From Rhodospirillales bacterium (GTDB lineage Bacteria; Pseudomonadota; Alphaproteobacteria; Rhodospirillales; 2-12-FULL-67-15): DNA of 64,000 nucleotides. How positions within the stretch are numbered: the first letter of the stretch is position 1; each line of letters opens with the position of its first letter. Made by a program: the position numbers and the translations under genes. The stretch covers positions 2,682 to 66,681 of the forward strand of contig SHWG01000001.1 of the NCBI GenBank assembly GCA_009693905.1. Direction: 5' to 3'. A model generated the notes under the pieces. It made no database searches. It was not told the origin of the DNA and saw only the letters and a program-made list of their open reading frames with translations. Of the stretch, positions 50,357-59,676 are shown in pieces.

Positions 50357-51328
50357 TCATTCCGGCGGATAGCGATGCGCGCCCCCCGAGGTGTCCTTAA
50401 CCCATCCTTCGCCGTCGGGGCCATGGCCGGGCTCGACCGGAACCTTGCCGTGGCCCCCCGGGATATCGAGCACGTAGGTGGGGAGAGCGAGGCCCGAGAC
50501 CCGACGGCGGAGCTCGGCCATCAGGGCGCGGCCCTCGCCGACGGTGGTGCGGAAGTGGGCCGCCCCCGCCACCATGTCGCAGTGGTGCAGGTAGTAAGGC
50601 TTGATCCGGGCGGCGACGAGGGCCTCCATCAGCTCGGCCAGCGCGTCGGCGGTGTCGTTGACGCCGCGGAGCAGCACGGTCTGGGCGAGCACCGGAATCC
50701 CGGCGTCGAGAAACATCCGGGTTGCGGCCAGGGCTTCGCGGGTGAGTTCGCGGGCGTGATTGCAATGAACGGCGAGGTACATGGCTTTTTGGGTCGCGAG
50801 CGCGGCGACGAGCGCCGTCGTCACCCGCGACGGCGCCGCGATCGGGACGCGGCTGTGGACGCGGATGGTGGCGAGATGCGGGATCGCGTCGAGCGCGGCC
50901 GTGAGGCGGGCCAGGCGCTCCGCCGACAGCACCAAGGGATCGCCGCCGGTAAGGATGACTTCGCGGATGGGCGGGTGCGCGCGGATGTACCCGAGCGCGG
51001 AGTCGAGCTCGGGTTCGTTCAAGCTGCGGGGCTGGCCGAGCGCGTGGCGGCGGAAGCAGAACCGGCAATGGACCGCGCAAACCTCAGTCGGCATCAACAG
51101 CACCCGGTCGGGATGGCGATGGACGAGACCGCGCATCGGCGAATGCGCGGCGTCGCCGATCGGGTCTGCCCTCTCGCCGGGGCTTGAGATAAGCTCGTCG
51201 GCCGAGGGCACGTACTGGCGCGCGATCGGATCGGCCGGACTCGAGGGATCGAGGAGCGCGCGGGTCTCCTCGGATATCAGTTCCGGCCAGAAATCGGCGG
51301 GCGTGGTTTGCGGCGCGATCTTATTCAT
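50357..51328 (-). CDS. epmB: EF-P beta-lysylation protein EpmB (lysine 2,3-aminomutase family, radical SAM)
   Basis: CAVHCRFCFRR (CxxxCxxC), LTGGDPL. ATG at 51328 (MNKIAPQ..). Confidence 0.85.
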   Translation of the reverse strand: MNKIAPQTTPADFWPELISEETRALLDPSSPADPIARQYVPSADELISSPGERADPIGDAAHSPMRGLVHRHPDRVLLMPTEVCAVHCRFCFRRHALGQPRSLNEPELDSALGYIRAHPPIREVILTGGDPLVLSAERLARLTAALDAIPHLATIRVHSRVPIAAPSRVTTALVAALATQKAMYLAVHCNHARELTREALAATRMFLDAGIPVLAQTVLLRGVNDTADALAELMEALVAARIKPYYLHHCDMVAGAAHFRTTVGEGRALMAELRRRVSGLALPTYVLDIPGGHGKVPVEPGHGPDGEGWVKDTSGGAHRYPPE

Positions 51329-51343
51329 GGGAAACCGACAATA

Positions 51344-52381
51344 GTGGCAACCGAATCCGAACCCTGGTGGAAGCCGGAGCAATTGGCAAGGCGCCAAGGC
51401 GCCCTGGAAGCGCGCGGGCGCATGGTCCGCGGCGTGCGGGGGTTCTTCGAGGCGCGCGCGTTCGCCGAGGTCGAAACCCCGGCGCTGCAGGCGAGCCCGG
51501 GAATGGAAGCGCACTTGCGCGCCTTCCGAACCGAACTCCGCGAGCCGTTCGGCCAGGGCCGCCGCGCGCTTTATCTCCACACGTCGCCGGAATTCGCCAT
51601 GAAAAAGCTGCTCGCGGGCGGGATGGAGCGCATCTTCCAGATCGCCCGGGTGTTTCGCAACGAGGAGCGCTCAGGCCTCCATCATCCCGAATTCACCCTG
51701 CTCGAATGGTACCGCGCCGGGGCGACGCTCGCCGATCTCATGGACGAGTGCGAGGCGCTGGTGCGGGCGTGCGCCGACGCCGCCGGAACCACGGCGCTGA
51801 CTTGGCAAGGGCGCGCGAGCGATCCGCGATTGCCCTGGCGGCGATTGAGCGTCGCCGACGCCTTCCGGGAATACGCCGGGTTCGACGTGCTGGCCCTTGC
51901 GGGCGATGTGCCGGGGATTCGCCGCGCGGCCAAGCGGATCGGCATCACGCCGGGGCCGCGCGACGATTGGGACGACATTTTTTTCCGCGTGTTCCTGGAA
52001 AAGATCGAAATGCACCTCGGCGTTCCGGCGCCGACGATCCTGCATGGCTATCCGGCAAGCATGGCGGCGCTGGCGAAGCTCGACGAGCGCGACCCGCGCG
52101 TGGCCGAGAGGTTCGAGGTTTACGTCGCCGGCATGGAACTCGCCAACGCCTTCGCCGAACTCACCGATCCGGTCGAGCAACGCCGACGTTTTGAAGTGGA
52201 TAACGCCAAGCGCGAAAAATTGTTCGGCGAGCGCTATCCGGTGGACGCGGATTTCATCGCCGCGCTGGAGGCCGGGTTGCCCGCGGCGGCCGGGATCGCG
52301 CTCGGCTTCGACCGCCTCGTCATGCTGGCGACGGGCGCGGAAACGATCGAAGACGTGCTCTGGGCGCCGGTGGCTAAGTAG
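51344..52381 (+). CDS. epmA: EF-P--(R)-beta-lysine ligase EpmA (LysRS class II paralogue)
   Basis: [37 protein letters not shown] at 51344 is preferred because the ATG at 51308 would overlap the divergent epmB 5' end. Confidence 0.82.
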   Translation: MATESEPWWKPEQLARRQGALEARGRMVRGVRGFFEARAFAEVETPALQASPGMEAHLRAFRTELREPFGQGRRALYLHTSPEFAMKKLLAGGMERIFQIARVFRNEERSGLHHPEFTLLEWYRAGATLADLMDECEALVRACADAAGTTALTWQGRASDPRLPWRRLSVADAFREYAGFDVLALAGDVPGIRRAAKRIGITPGPRDDWDDIFFRVFLEKIEMHLGVPAPTILHGYPASMAALAKLDERDPRVAERFEVYVAGMELANAFAELTDPVEQRRRFEVDNAKREKLFGERYPVDADFIAALEAGLPAAAGIALGFDRLVMLATGAETIEDVLWAPVAK

Positions 52382-53042
52382 AAGCCTTTATCGCCGCGTT
52401 GAACGCCTTGACCGCCGCCGCCGGGCCTTGGGCGTGGTCCCACACCGCCGACACGGCGGCGATGAAGTCCGCGCCGGCCTTCACCAGGGGCGCGCAGTTC
52501 TCAGGCGTGATGCCGCCGATGGCGACGCACGGGACCACCGTGATCTCCGCCCACCACTCGATCAGATCGAAACCGGCCCGCGTTTTGGGCGTTTTGGTCC
52601 CGGTCGGGAAAAACGCGCCGAAGGCGACGTAATCGGCGCCTTGTTCGGCCGCGGCGATGGCGAGATCGCGGGAATCGTGACAGGTGACGCCGACGACGCC
52701 GTCCGGGCCCATCGCTTGGCGCGCGTCGGCGTAAGGGGCGTCTTCCTGGCCGATGTGGACGCCATGGCAGCCGGTGGCGGCGGCCAAGTCGGGGCGGTCG
52801 TTCAAGATGAACGTCGCGGCGCGGGCCTGCGCGATCGGCAAAAGGGTTTCGACCGCGCGCCGGATGTCGTCGTCGGATGTGTCTTTGAGGCGGAGTTGGA
52901 GCGCGGCCACATCGCCGCCGTCGAGCGCCGCTTTCAAGGCTTCGGCGAACGCCGGCAGGAAGATCCGGGGCGGGGTGACGAGATAAAGCCGGGTCCCGCC
53001 GGTAGGCGGGGGCGAATTAGAGTCTCCGCGTGCGTTAGCCAT
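52374..53042 (-). CDS. thiE: Thiamine-phosphate synthase
   Basis: LYLVTPP.., [29 protein letters not shown]. Confidence 0.88.
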   Translation of the reverse strand: MANARGDSNSPPPTGGTRLYLVTPPRIFLPAFAEALKAALDGGDVAALQLRLKDTSDDDIRRAVETLLPIAQARAATFILNDRPDLAAATGCHGVHIGQEDAPYADARQAMGPDGVVGVTCHDSRDLAIAAAEQGADYVAFGAFFPTGTKTPKTRAGFDLIEWWAEITVVPCVAIGGITPENCAPLVKAGADFIAAVSAVWDHAQGPAAAVKAFNAAIKAST

Positions 53043-53451
53043 GGTTCAGCCACGCCCGCGCGGAGGACAAGGGATCGGCGACGCCGAGATCGAGCGCGCC
53101 GCGGACTTGCGCGCGCCGAGCGCACAAAACCTTCGCCCCATGCTGCCCCGCGATATCCTCGATCTTGGCGCGGACCTCGTCGGCGACATCGAGCATGACC
53201 GTTTGCACCCCTTCGCGCAGCGCGGCCAGCGCCACCCCGGGATCGCGCCCGCAATCGAGGATCGCGCTTTCGAGGGCGTCCGGCTCGGCGCGAACCGCCT
53301 CGGCCACCAATTCCCGCCACACCGCCGGCCCGAGCGCCGCCGCCGCGCCCGGCGCGCCGATCAGACACACCCGACGCTTGCGCTCGCGCGCGGCCTTTAA
53401 CGCGGCCTTCGCCTGCCCGAGATCGTGGACGACGAAAGCGGCCGGACTCAT
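53035..53451 (-). CDS. Conserved-looking hypothetical protein
   Basis: 138 aa with coding-like GC3. An 8-nt overlap with the thiE start suggests co-translation. No motif recognised. Confidence 0.5.
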   Translation of the reverse strand: MSPAAFVVHDLGQAKAALKAARERKRRVCLIGAPGAAAALGPAVWRELVAEAVRAEPDALESAILDCGRDPGVALAALREGVQTVMLDVADEVRAKIEDIAGQHGAKVLCARRAQVRGALDLGVADPLSSARAWLNHG

Positions 53452-53458
53452 GTCCCCG

Positions 53459-54466
53459 TCACTTGGCGTTGGCCATCGCCACCGCCGTATCGGCCATGCG
53501 GTTGGAGAAGCCCCACTCGTTGTCGTACCAGGCGAGCACGCGGACGAAGTCGCCGCCGACCACCTGGGTCTGGGTCAGATCGAAGGTCGAGCTGGCAGGG
53601 TTGTGGTTGAAATCGATCGAGACCAGCGGCTGGTCGTTGAGCCCGAGCACGCCCTTGAGCCGGCCGTTGGCGGCTTCGGTCATCGCCGCGTTGATCTCCT
53701 CGACGGTGGCTTTCTTGCGGGCGAGGAACTTGAAGTCGACCGCCGAGACGTTCGGGATTGGCACCCGGAGCGAGGTGCCGTCGAGCTTGCCCGCGAGTTC
53801 CGGCAGCACCAGTCCGACCGCCTTGGCCGCGCCGGTCGAGGTCGGGATGATCGAGAGCGAAGCCGCCCGCGCCCGGCGCGGGTCCTTGTGCAGGGTATCG
53901 ACGGTGCGCTGGTCGCCGGTGAAGGCATGGATGGTGGTCATGTAGCCTTTTTCGATGCCGAAGGCCTGGTTGAGCACATCGGCGACCGGGGCGAGACAGT
54001 TGGTGGTGCAGGAGGCGTTGGAAACGACCGTGTGCGCGCCGGTGAGCTTCGCGTGATTGACGCCGTAAACGACGGTCAGATCGACGCCTTCCGCTGGCGC
54101 CGAGACGAGGACTTTCTTGGCGCCCGCGGCGAGGTGGGCGGCGGCGGCTTTACGGTCGGTGAACAACCCGGTGCATTCGAGCGCGATCTCGACGCCGAGC
54201 TTCTGCCACGGCAGCTTGGCCGGGTCCCGCTCGGCGACGACCCGGATGGCCGACTTGCCGATGGTCATGACATCGCCCTTGACCGTGACCTCGGCGGGCA
54301 TCGGGCCGTGGACCGAGTCGTAGCGAAGCAGGTGGGCGTTGGCCTCGGCCGAGCCCAAATCGTTGATCGCGACCACCTCGATGTCCCGGCGCCCGGATTC
54401 CAGGATCGCCCGCAACACCAGCCGGCCGATGCGCCCGAAACCGTTGATCGCCACCCGTACCGCCAT
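53459..54466 (-). CDS. gap: Glyceraldehyde-3-phosphate dehydrogenase
   Basis: INGFGRIGR, SNASCTTNCLAP, WYDNEWG. Confidence 0.97.
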   Translation of the reverse strand: MAVRVAINGFGRIGRLVLRAILESGRRDIEVVAINDLGSAEANAHLLRYDSVHGPMPAEVTVKGDVMTIGKSAIRVVAERDPAKLPWQKLGVEIALECTGLFTDRKAAAAHLAAGAKKVLVSAPAEGVDLTVVYGVNHAKLTGAHTVVSNASCTTNCLAPVADVLNQAFGIEKGYMTTIHAFTGDQRTVDTLHKDPRRARAASLSIIPTSTGAAKAVGLVLPELAGKLDGTSLRVPIPNVSAVDFKFLARKKATVEEINAAMTEAANGRLKGVLGLNDQPLVSIDFNHNPASSTFDLTQTQVVGGDFVRVLAWYDNEWGFSNRMADTAVAMANAK

Positions 54467-54685
54467 CGTATCCCCCGATTGAATGATCGTGCGAAGCCCG
54501 CGAAACTCGCGCACCTTCGAGCGAACGGCCCGGCCCGTCAACGATATTTTACGGCGGTTGACGGTGCGCGCCGCGGCTACCTATGCTGCTTCGTGCGCGG
54601 GACGCGCGCGCAAGCCGGTATGCCGTGCGAATGCACGCCCACCGGCGTGACGCATCGGAACTTTCGGCCGGCGGGGGAGAGACCG

Positions 54686-54922
54686 TTGAAGGAAACATCA
54701 TCGCGGGCGCCGGCCCGCAAGTCGGGCCGGCTCGGGGCCGCCGAGGACCGGCTCGACGCGGCGCTGGACCGGCTCGACGCGGCGCTCGCGGAGCGGACCG
54801 GGGACCCGGGGTCCGTGACGCGGTTGCAGGAGGAAAACGCGGCGCTGCGGCAAATCCGCGACGGCGTGTCGGAGCGCCTCGACGCCGCCGTCGAGCGCCT
54901 GCGCCGGGCGCTCGCGCACTAG
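54686..54922 (+). CDS. Small coiled-coil protein upstream of zapA (DUF4164/ZauP-like by position)
   Basis: LDAALDRLDAALAE..LQEENAALRQIRDGVSERLDAAVERLRRAL. TTG at 54686 follows gggggagag; alternative ATG at 54620. Confidence 0.5.
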   Translation: MKETSSRAPARKSGRLGAAEDRLDAALDRLDAALAERTGDPGSVTRLQEENAALRQIRDGVSERLDAAVERLRRALAH

Positions 54923-54937
54923 GGAGGGATTGGACCC

Positions 54938-55291
54938 ATGGCCCAGACCGCGGTTCGGATCAACGGACGCTCGTACCCGATCGTCTGCGACGACGGCCAG
55001 GAGGCGCACCTGGCCAAGCTCGCCCTGTTCATAGACAAGCGGATCGAACAGCTCGCCGCCGCGGTCGGGTGCTCGGACGATGCCCGCCTTCTGGTGATGG
55101 CGAGCCTCTTGGTCGCCGACGAGCTGATGGACGCCCAGGCGGAATCGCAAACCGTCCGCGCCGGGGCGGACAAAAGCCCGGCGATGGCCGCGGCCGCGGC
55201 CGCGGCCGAGGACGCGGTCGCGCAGCGCATCGAGCGGATCGCGGTGCGGATCGAGGGCCTGGCCGAGCGTTTGGAGCAGGCTTCGGCCTGA
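54938..55291 (+). CDS. zapA: Cell division protein ZapA
   Basis: VRINGRSYPIVCDDGQEAHLAKLALFIDKRIEQL..LLVMASLLVADEL. Confidence 0.85.
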   Translation: MAQTAVRINGRSYPIVCDDGQEAHLAKLALFIDKRIEQLAAAVGCSDDARLLVMASLLVADELMDAQAESQTVRAGADKSPAMAAAAAAAEDAVAQRIERIAVRIEGLAERLEQASA

Positions 55292-55300
55292 CTGGGCCCG

Positions 55301-55909
55301 ATGACTCTCGACGCGGACAAGAAATCCGTCCGCACGGAAGCGGCTGAGCGCCGGAACGCGGCCTTTGCCGCCGATCCAGGCGCGGGCGAGGCGTTGGCCC
55401 GGCGGGTGATCGAACGAGCCCGAGCGCTCGGGCTAGGACCCGGCGTCGCGGTTTCGGCTTATTGGCCGATGCGCGAGGAAATGGACGCGCGGCCCCTGAT
55501 GCGGGAACTCGCCCGGATCGAATGCGTGGTGGCGCTTCCGGTGGTGATGGGCAAGGGAAAACCCCTCGTCTTCCGGCGCTGGCGGCCGGAAACGGTCCTG
55601 CGTTCGGGCCCCTTCGGCTTGAGCGAACCCAATGAAGGCGACCCCGAGGTGACGCCCCGGATCGTGTTCGCGCCATTGCTTGCCTTCGATCGGCGGGGCC
55701 ATCGCATCGGCTGGGGGGCGGGGTTCTACGACCGCACCCTTGCGGACTTGCGCTCGCGCGGCCCCGCCTTGGCGGTCGGCGTCGCCTATGCCGCCCAGGA
55801 GCTTGCCCATGTGCCCGCCGGCCTGCACGATCAGCCGCTCGATTGGATCGCGACCGAGCGCGAAGTGACCCGACTTTCGGGTCACTCCCGCGCAAGCGGG
55901 GGTCTATAA
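55301..55909 (+). CDS. 5-formyltetrahydrofolate cyclo-ligase
   Basis: K..VR..AAERR, VSAYWPMREEMD, GYGAGFYDR-like RIGWGAGFYDRTL. Confidence 0.85.
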   Translation: MTLDADKKSVRTEAAERRNAAFAADPGAGEALARRVIERARALGLGPGVAVSAYWPMREEMDARPLMRELARIECVVALPVVMGKGKPLVFRRWRPETVLRSGPFGLSEPNEGDPEVTPRIVFAPLLAFDRRGHRIGWGAGFYDRTLADLRSRGPALAVGVAYAAQELAHVPAGLHDQPLDWIATEREVTRLSGHSRASGGL

Positions 55910-55912
55910 CCC

Positions 55913-56734
55913 ATGCGGATTCTGATTTTAGGCGACGTGGTCGGAAGCTCAGGGAGGAAGGTGGTGGCCGAGCACGTGCCGCGCCTGCGCCGCGAGCTCG
56001 ATCTCGATTTCGTCATCGTCAACGGCGAGAACGCGGCGCACGGCTTCGGCATCACCGGGCCGATCTGCGCCGAGCTTTACGCCGCCGGGGCCGACGTCAT
56101 CACCACCGGCAATCACGTCTGGGACCAGCGCGAAATCGCGGCCTACATCGAGAACGATTCGCGCCTCCTGCGCCCGCTCAATTATTCGCAGGGCGCTCCG
56201 GGGCGCGGCAGCGGCGTGTTCGCCGCCCGCGACGGGCACCAGGTGATGGTGATTCATCCCATGGGCCGGCTCTACATGGAGCCGCTCGACAATCCCTTCA
56301 CCGCGGTCGAAGCCGCGCTCGCCAACCACCGCCTCGGCGCGTCGGTGGCGGCAATCGTGGTCGATATCCACGCCGAGGCGACGAGCGAGAAGATGGCGAT
56401 GGGGGTCTTTCTCGACGGCCGGGTCTCGGCGGTGGTCGGCAGCCACACCCACGTGCCGACCGCGGACGCGCGCGTGCTTCCCGGCGGCACCGCCTATCTC
56501 ACCGACCTCGGCATGTGCGGCGACTACGATTCCGTGATCGGCATGGAAAAGGGCTTGGCGACGGAGCGGTTCGTGCGCAAGGTCATCGGCGGCCGGCTCG
56601 AGCCCGCCGAAGGGCCGGGCGCGCTCGCCGGGCTTTATGTCGAGACCGACGACGCGACCGGGCTTGCCCGGCGGGTCGAGCCGGTCAGGATCGGCCCGGG
56701 ACTCGCGCAAGCGATCCCCGAACGGGGACGATAA
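55913..56734 (+). CDS. YmdB-like metallophosphoesterase (TIGR00282 family)
   Basis: MRILILGDVVG, VNGENAAHGFGIT, TGNHVWD, GSHTHVPTAD. Confidence 0.85.
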   Translation: MRILILGDVVGSSGRKVVAEHVPRLRRELDLDFVIVNGENAAHGFGITGPICAELYAAGADVITTGNHVWDQREIAAYIENDSRLLRPLNYSQGAPGRGSGVFAARDGHQVMVIHPMGRLYMEPLDNPFTAVEAALANHRLGASVAAIVVDIHAEATSEKMAMGVFLDGRVSAVVGSHTHVPTADARVLPGGTAYLTDLGMCGDYDSVIGMEKGLATERFVRKVIGGRLEPAEGPGALAGLYVETDDATGLARRVEPVRIGPGLAQAIPERGR

Positions 56735-56753
56735 CTCGAAAGGAAAGATCGTC

Positions 56754-56990
56754 ATGCCGACACAACTGGAAAAAGCCCGGGCCTTTCGCGCGCTGCACGA
56801 GCGGCCCGGCGTGTTTGTCGTTCCCAATCCCTAGGACGCGGGCACCGCCAAGCTGCTCGCTTCGCTCGGCTACGAATCGCTAGCGACCACCAGCCTCGGC
56901 TTCGCCAACACCCTTGGGCGGGTGGATGGCGCGAACGCGGTGAATTTGGGCGAAGTCCTGGATAATTGCCGCCTGATCGCGTCGCGCCGC
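56754..56990 (+). pseudogene. Isocitrate lyase/PEP mutase family gene remnant: in-frame TAG and 3' truncation
   Basis: MPTQLEKARAFRALHERPGVFVVPNP*DAGTAKLLASLGYESLATTSLGFANTLGRVDG..GEVLDNCRLIA. The TAG at 56832-56834 sits where the family has the Trp of N(P/I)WDAGSA. Similarity ends after about 75 codons. Confidence 0.7.
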
Positions 56991-57151
56991 AAGGGGCCGG
57001 GATACATGATCTCGAATCCGCGCTGGACTAGGCGACGGTAGATCGGCGAGCGCGGATGGCTCGTGTCCCAATAGGGCCGGGCCTTCATCAGCTCCTCGAT
57101 GGCCTCGGGCGTGAGCGGGTCGGGTAGTCTGGGTACGGGCATGGTGGGCAT
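56870..57151 (-). CDS. Orphan small ORF (only the first ~55 codons look independent of the antisense pseudogene)
   Basis: MPTMPVPRLPDPLTPEAIEELMKARPYWDTSHPRSPIYRRLVQRGFEIMYPGP.., with ggaggattcc upstream. The 3' half reads antisense through the pseudogene, so the true end is uncertain. Confidence 0.3.
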   Translation of the reverse strand: MPTMPVPRLPDPLTPEAIEELMKARPYWDTSHPRSPIYRRLVQRGFEIMYPGPLRRDAIRRQLSRTSPKFTAFAPSTRPRVLAKPRLVVASDS

Positions 57152-57174
57152 GGAATCCTCCCTGGTTCCGGGGG

Positions 57175-57290
57175 AAGATATAGAACATATAAGGAACTAA
57201 ATATCAAGATTAAAATCTGTTATTGAAAATAATTCTTGTAATATGCCAGTATATAGGATATATAACCCATAAACGCCAGATATACGGGCC
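57175..57290. other. Strongly AT-rich island
   Basis: Hand count: 26 G+C in the 100 nt 57181-57280, against a very GC-rich background. No ORF. Confidence 0.8.
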
Positions 57291-57295
57291 GCTTG

Positions 57296-57420
57296 CCCCT
57301 CCCCGTCACCCCCGCGGAAGCGGGGGCCATGCTTTTGAAAAAACTGGATGCCCGCTCAGCTAAGGGCATGACGAGTGGAGAACGAGGCCCCAAACCCTGC
57401 CCCCGCTCAAAGCGGGGGGA
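57296..57420. repeat. REP-like repeat (same family as 48831-48910)
   Basis: Hairpins cccccgc-ggaa-gcggggg (57309-57326), atgccc..gggcat (57348-57369) and cccccgc-tcaaa-gcggggg (57400-57418). Aligns with the reverse complement of the 48.8-kb copy. Confidence 0.6.
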
Positions 57421-57677
57421 CGAGGAACTGTGAGCCATGATGCGCGATGATGAGAGATTTTCGGGTTTTCAGGCCTGTTTCGAGCGTTTTCAACGCGTTG
57501 GGGCCATTTTGCCTGATGAAACCCCCTTGAACATGGGTCCGACTTACCCGAAACCCTCTCGAAGCCCGCATCGTCGCGCCCTGAATGGGATTCTAGATGT
57601 GGTATGCTCCGTGCCCCTTGGGGGCCGAGATGATGGGTTTTGTGGGCAACATTAACGAATTGCAGGACACTTGGATC

Positions 57678-58427
57678 ATGGCCGGTCATTCCCAGTTCAA
57701 GAACATCATGCACCGCAAGGGCAAGCAGGACGCCAAGCGGGCCCGGGTGTTCACCAAGATCATCCGAGAGCTGACCGTGGCGGCGCGCTCGGGGCTCGCC
57801 GATCCCGCGCTCAACCCGCGCTTGCGCGCGGGCGTGATGGCGGCGCGCGAAGTCAACATGCCCAAGGACACCATCGAGCGCGCGATCAAGCGCGGCTCGG
57901 GCGACGAGGAGGGTTCGGGCTTCGAGGAAGTGCGCTACGAGGGTTTCGGCCCGGGCGGCGTCGCCCTCATCGTCGAGGCGCTGACCGACAACCGCAATCG
58001 CACCGCCGGCGATATCCGCACCACCTTCGGCCGTCACGGCGGCAACCTCGGCGAGACCGGCAGCGTCGCCTTCATGTTCGAGCGGGTCGGCCTGGTGCGC
58101 TATCCGGCGGCGCGCGCAAGCGCGGACGCGATGTTCGAGGCCGCGCTCGAAGCCGGCGCCACCGACGTACGCTCGAACCGGGACGGCCACGAGATTTTCT
58201 CCGCGCCGGGCGAGTTCAACGCCGTGCGCGAGGCGCTGGAAAGGAAATTCGGCGAGGCCGCCGAGGCCCGGCTCGACTGGCGGCCGACCGGCGCGGTCGC
58301 TGTCGCCGGGGAGGCCGCCGAGAATTTGTTCAAGCTGCTCGAAGCCCTCGAGGACAACGACGACGTTCAGCGCGTCGCCGCCAACTTCGAGATCTCCGAC
58401 GACGTCCTGGCGCGCCTGAGCGCCTGA
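57678..58427 (+). CDS. YebC/PmpR-family transcriptional regulator
   Basis: [25 protein letters not shown]. Confidence 0.95.
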   Translation: MAGHSQFKNIMHRKGKQDAKRARVFTKIIRELTVAARSGLADPALNPRLRAGVMAAREVNMPKDTIERAIKRGSGDEEGSGFEEVRYEGFGPGGVALIVEALTDNRNRTAGDIRTTFGRHGGNLGETGSVAFMFERVGLVRYPAARASADAMFEAALEAGATDVRSNRDGHEIFSAPGEFNAVREALERKFGEAAEARLDWRPTGAVAVAGEAAENLFKLLEALEDNDDVQRVAANFEISDDVLARLSA

Positions 58428-58450
58428 ACGCCGAAACGGAACGGAACGGG

Positions 58451-59029
58451 ATGAATGCGATGAGACTGATCGGACTGGACCCGGGCTTGCGCGTCACCGG
58501 CTGGGGGGTGATCGAGATGGACGGCAACCGTCTCCGCCACGTCGCCGACGGCGGCGTGCGGAGCGACGGGGATTTGCCCCTGGCGATGCGCCTGGCGCAG
58601 CTTTACGACGGCTTGGCCGAGGTCATCGGCCGCTTCCGGCCGATCGAGGCGGCGGTCGAGGAAACCTTCGTCAACGTCAATCCCGCCGCCACCCTCAAGC
58701 TCGGCCAGGCGCGCGGCGTCGTGCTGCTCGTGCCGGCGCGTCTCGGGCTCGCGGTCGCGGAGTATTCGCCCAATCTGGTCAAGAAATCGGTGGTCGGCGC
58801 CGGGCATGCCGCCAAGCAGCAGGTGCAGATGATGATCCGCGCGCTGCTGCCCGGTGCGGCGCTCGAAAGCGCCGACGCGGCCGACGCGCTCGCCGTCGCC
58901 ATCTGCCACGCCCACCATCGCGGCACCGATAACGCGATCGCCCGCGCGCTCGGCCATGAGGCGCGCGGGCTCGACCCCGCGCGCGTCCAGCCGGTAGGCG
59001 GGCCAACGAAAGCGGAGCGCACGACATGA
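58451..59029 (+). CDS. ruvC: Holliday junction resolvase RuvC
   Basis: [36 protein letters not shown]. Alternative ATG at 58460. Confidence 0.9.
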   Translation: MNAMRLIGLDPGLRVTGWGVIEMDGNRLRHVADGGVRSDGDLPLAMRLAQLYDGLAEVIGRFRPIEAAVEETFVNVNPAATLKLGQARGVVLLVPARLGLAVAEYSPNLVKKSVVGAGHAAKQQVQMMIRALLPGAALESADAADALAVAICHAHHRGTDNAIARALGHEARGLDPARVQPVGGPTKAERTT

Positions 59030-59676
59030 TCGCCAAGCTGCGCGGCACCGTGGATCAGATCGGCGACGGGTTCGCGGTCGTGGACGTGGGCGGGGTCGGC
59101 TATCGGGTCGCGTGCGCGGCCGGCACGCTCGGCCGGCTGCGGGCGGGCCAGACGGTGAGCCTGCACGTCGAAACCCAGGTCGGCGACGACTACATTCGCC
59201 TGTTCGGATTCCTGGAGGAAGCCGAACTCAACTGGTTTCGCCTGCTGACCACGGTTCAGGGCGTGGGCGCCAAGACCGCGCTCGCGATTCTTTCCGCGCT
59301 CCGGCCCGACGAAATCGCCCGCGCCATCGCCGCCGCCGACAAGACCGCGCTTTCGCGCGCGCCCGGCGTCGGCGGCAAGCTCGCCGCCCGGATCGCGGCC
59401 GAGCTGCGCGACAAGGTCGGCGCGCTGGCGCTGGGTGCCGCCGCGCGCGTTTCCGGCGCGGCGGGGACGGTTGCGGGAGTCGGGCTGGAAGGCCCGGTGG
59501 CGGACGCGGTTTCAGCGCTCGCCAATCTCGGCTACGCGCCCGCGGACGCCCTCGGCGCCGTCGCCCGCGCCGCCGAAACCCAAGGCGCGAAAATCTCGGT
59601 CGAGGAACTGATCCGCGCCGGCTTGGCCGAACTGTCGGGGGCCCGGACCTTGGCCGCCGGAGGGCGCGGGCGATGA
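59026..59676 (+). CDS. ruvA: Holliday junction DNA helicase subunit RuvA
   Basis: [30 protein letters not shown]; ATGA overlap with ruvC. Confidence 0.93.
   Translation: MIAKLRGTVDQIGDGFAVVDVGGVGYRVACAAGTLGRLRAGQTVSLHVETQVGDDYIRLFGFLEEAELNWFRLLTTVQGVGAKTALAILSALRPDEIARAIAAADKTALSRAPGVGGKLAARIAAELRDKVGALALGAAARVSGAAGTVAGVGLEGPVADAVSALANLGYAPADALGAVARAAETQGAKISVEELIRAGLAELSGARTLAAGGRGR

Noticed and set aside
53043-53460. Possible TPP riboswitch upstream of thiE.
   Set aside because: The region upstream of thiE is occupied by an overlapping 138-aa ORF with coding-like composition. No CUGAGA / ACCUGAUCUGGAUAAUGCCAGCG-type core was seen.
55292-55300. Expected 6S RNA (ssrS) between zapA and the 5-formyltetrahydrofolate cyclo-ligase gene, as in the widely conserved zapA-ssrS-ygfA synteny.
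   Set aside because: Only 9 nt separate the two genes, and the cyclo-ligase N-terminus (K..VR..AAERR) supports the start at 55301, so a ~180-nt RNA cannot fit. The 219-nt region upstream of the zauP-like gene showed no structure I could assign by eye.
58433-58447. Possible SOS box GAAA-N7-GAAC just upstream of ruvC.
   Set aside because: It has one mismatch and lies in a gaacgg-rich run that produces overlapping near-matches by chance. Not supportable without a genome-wide LexA model.
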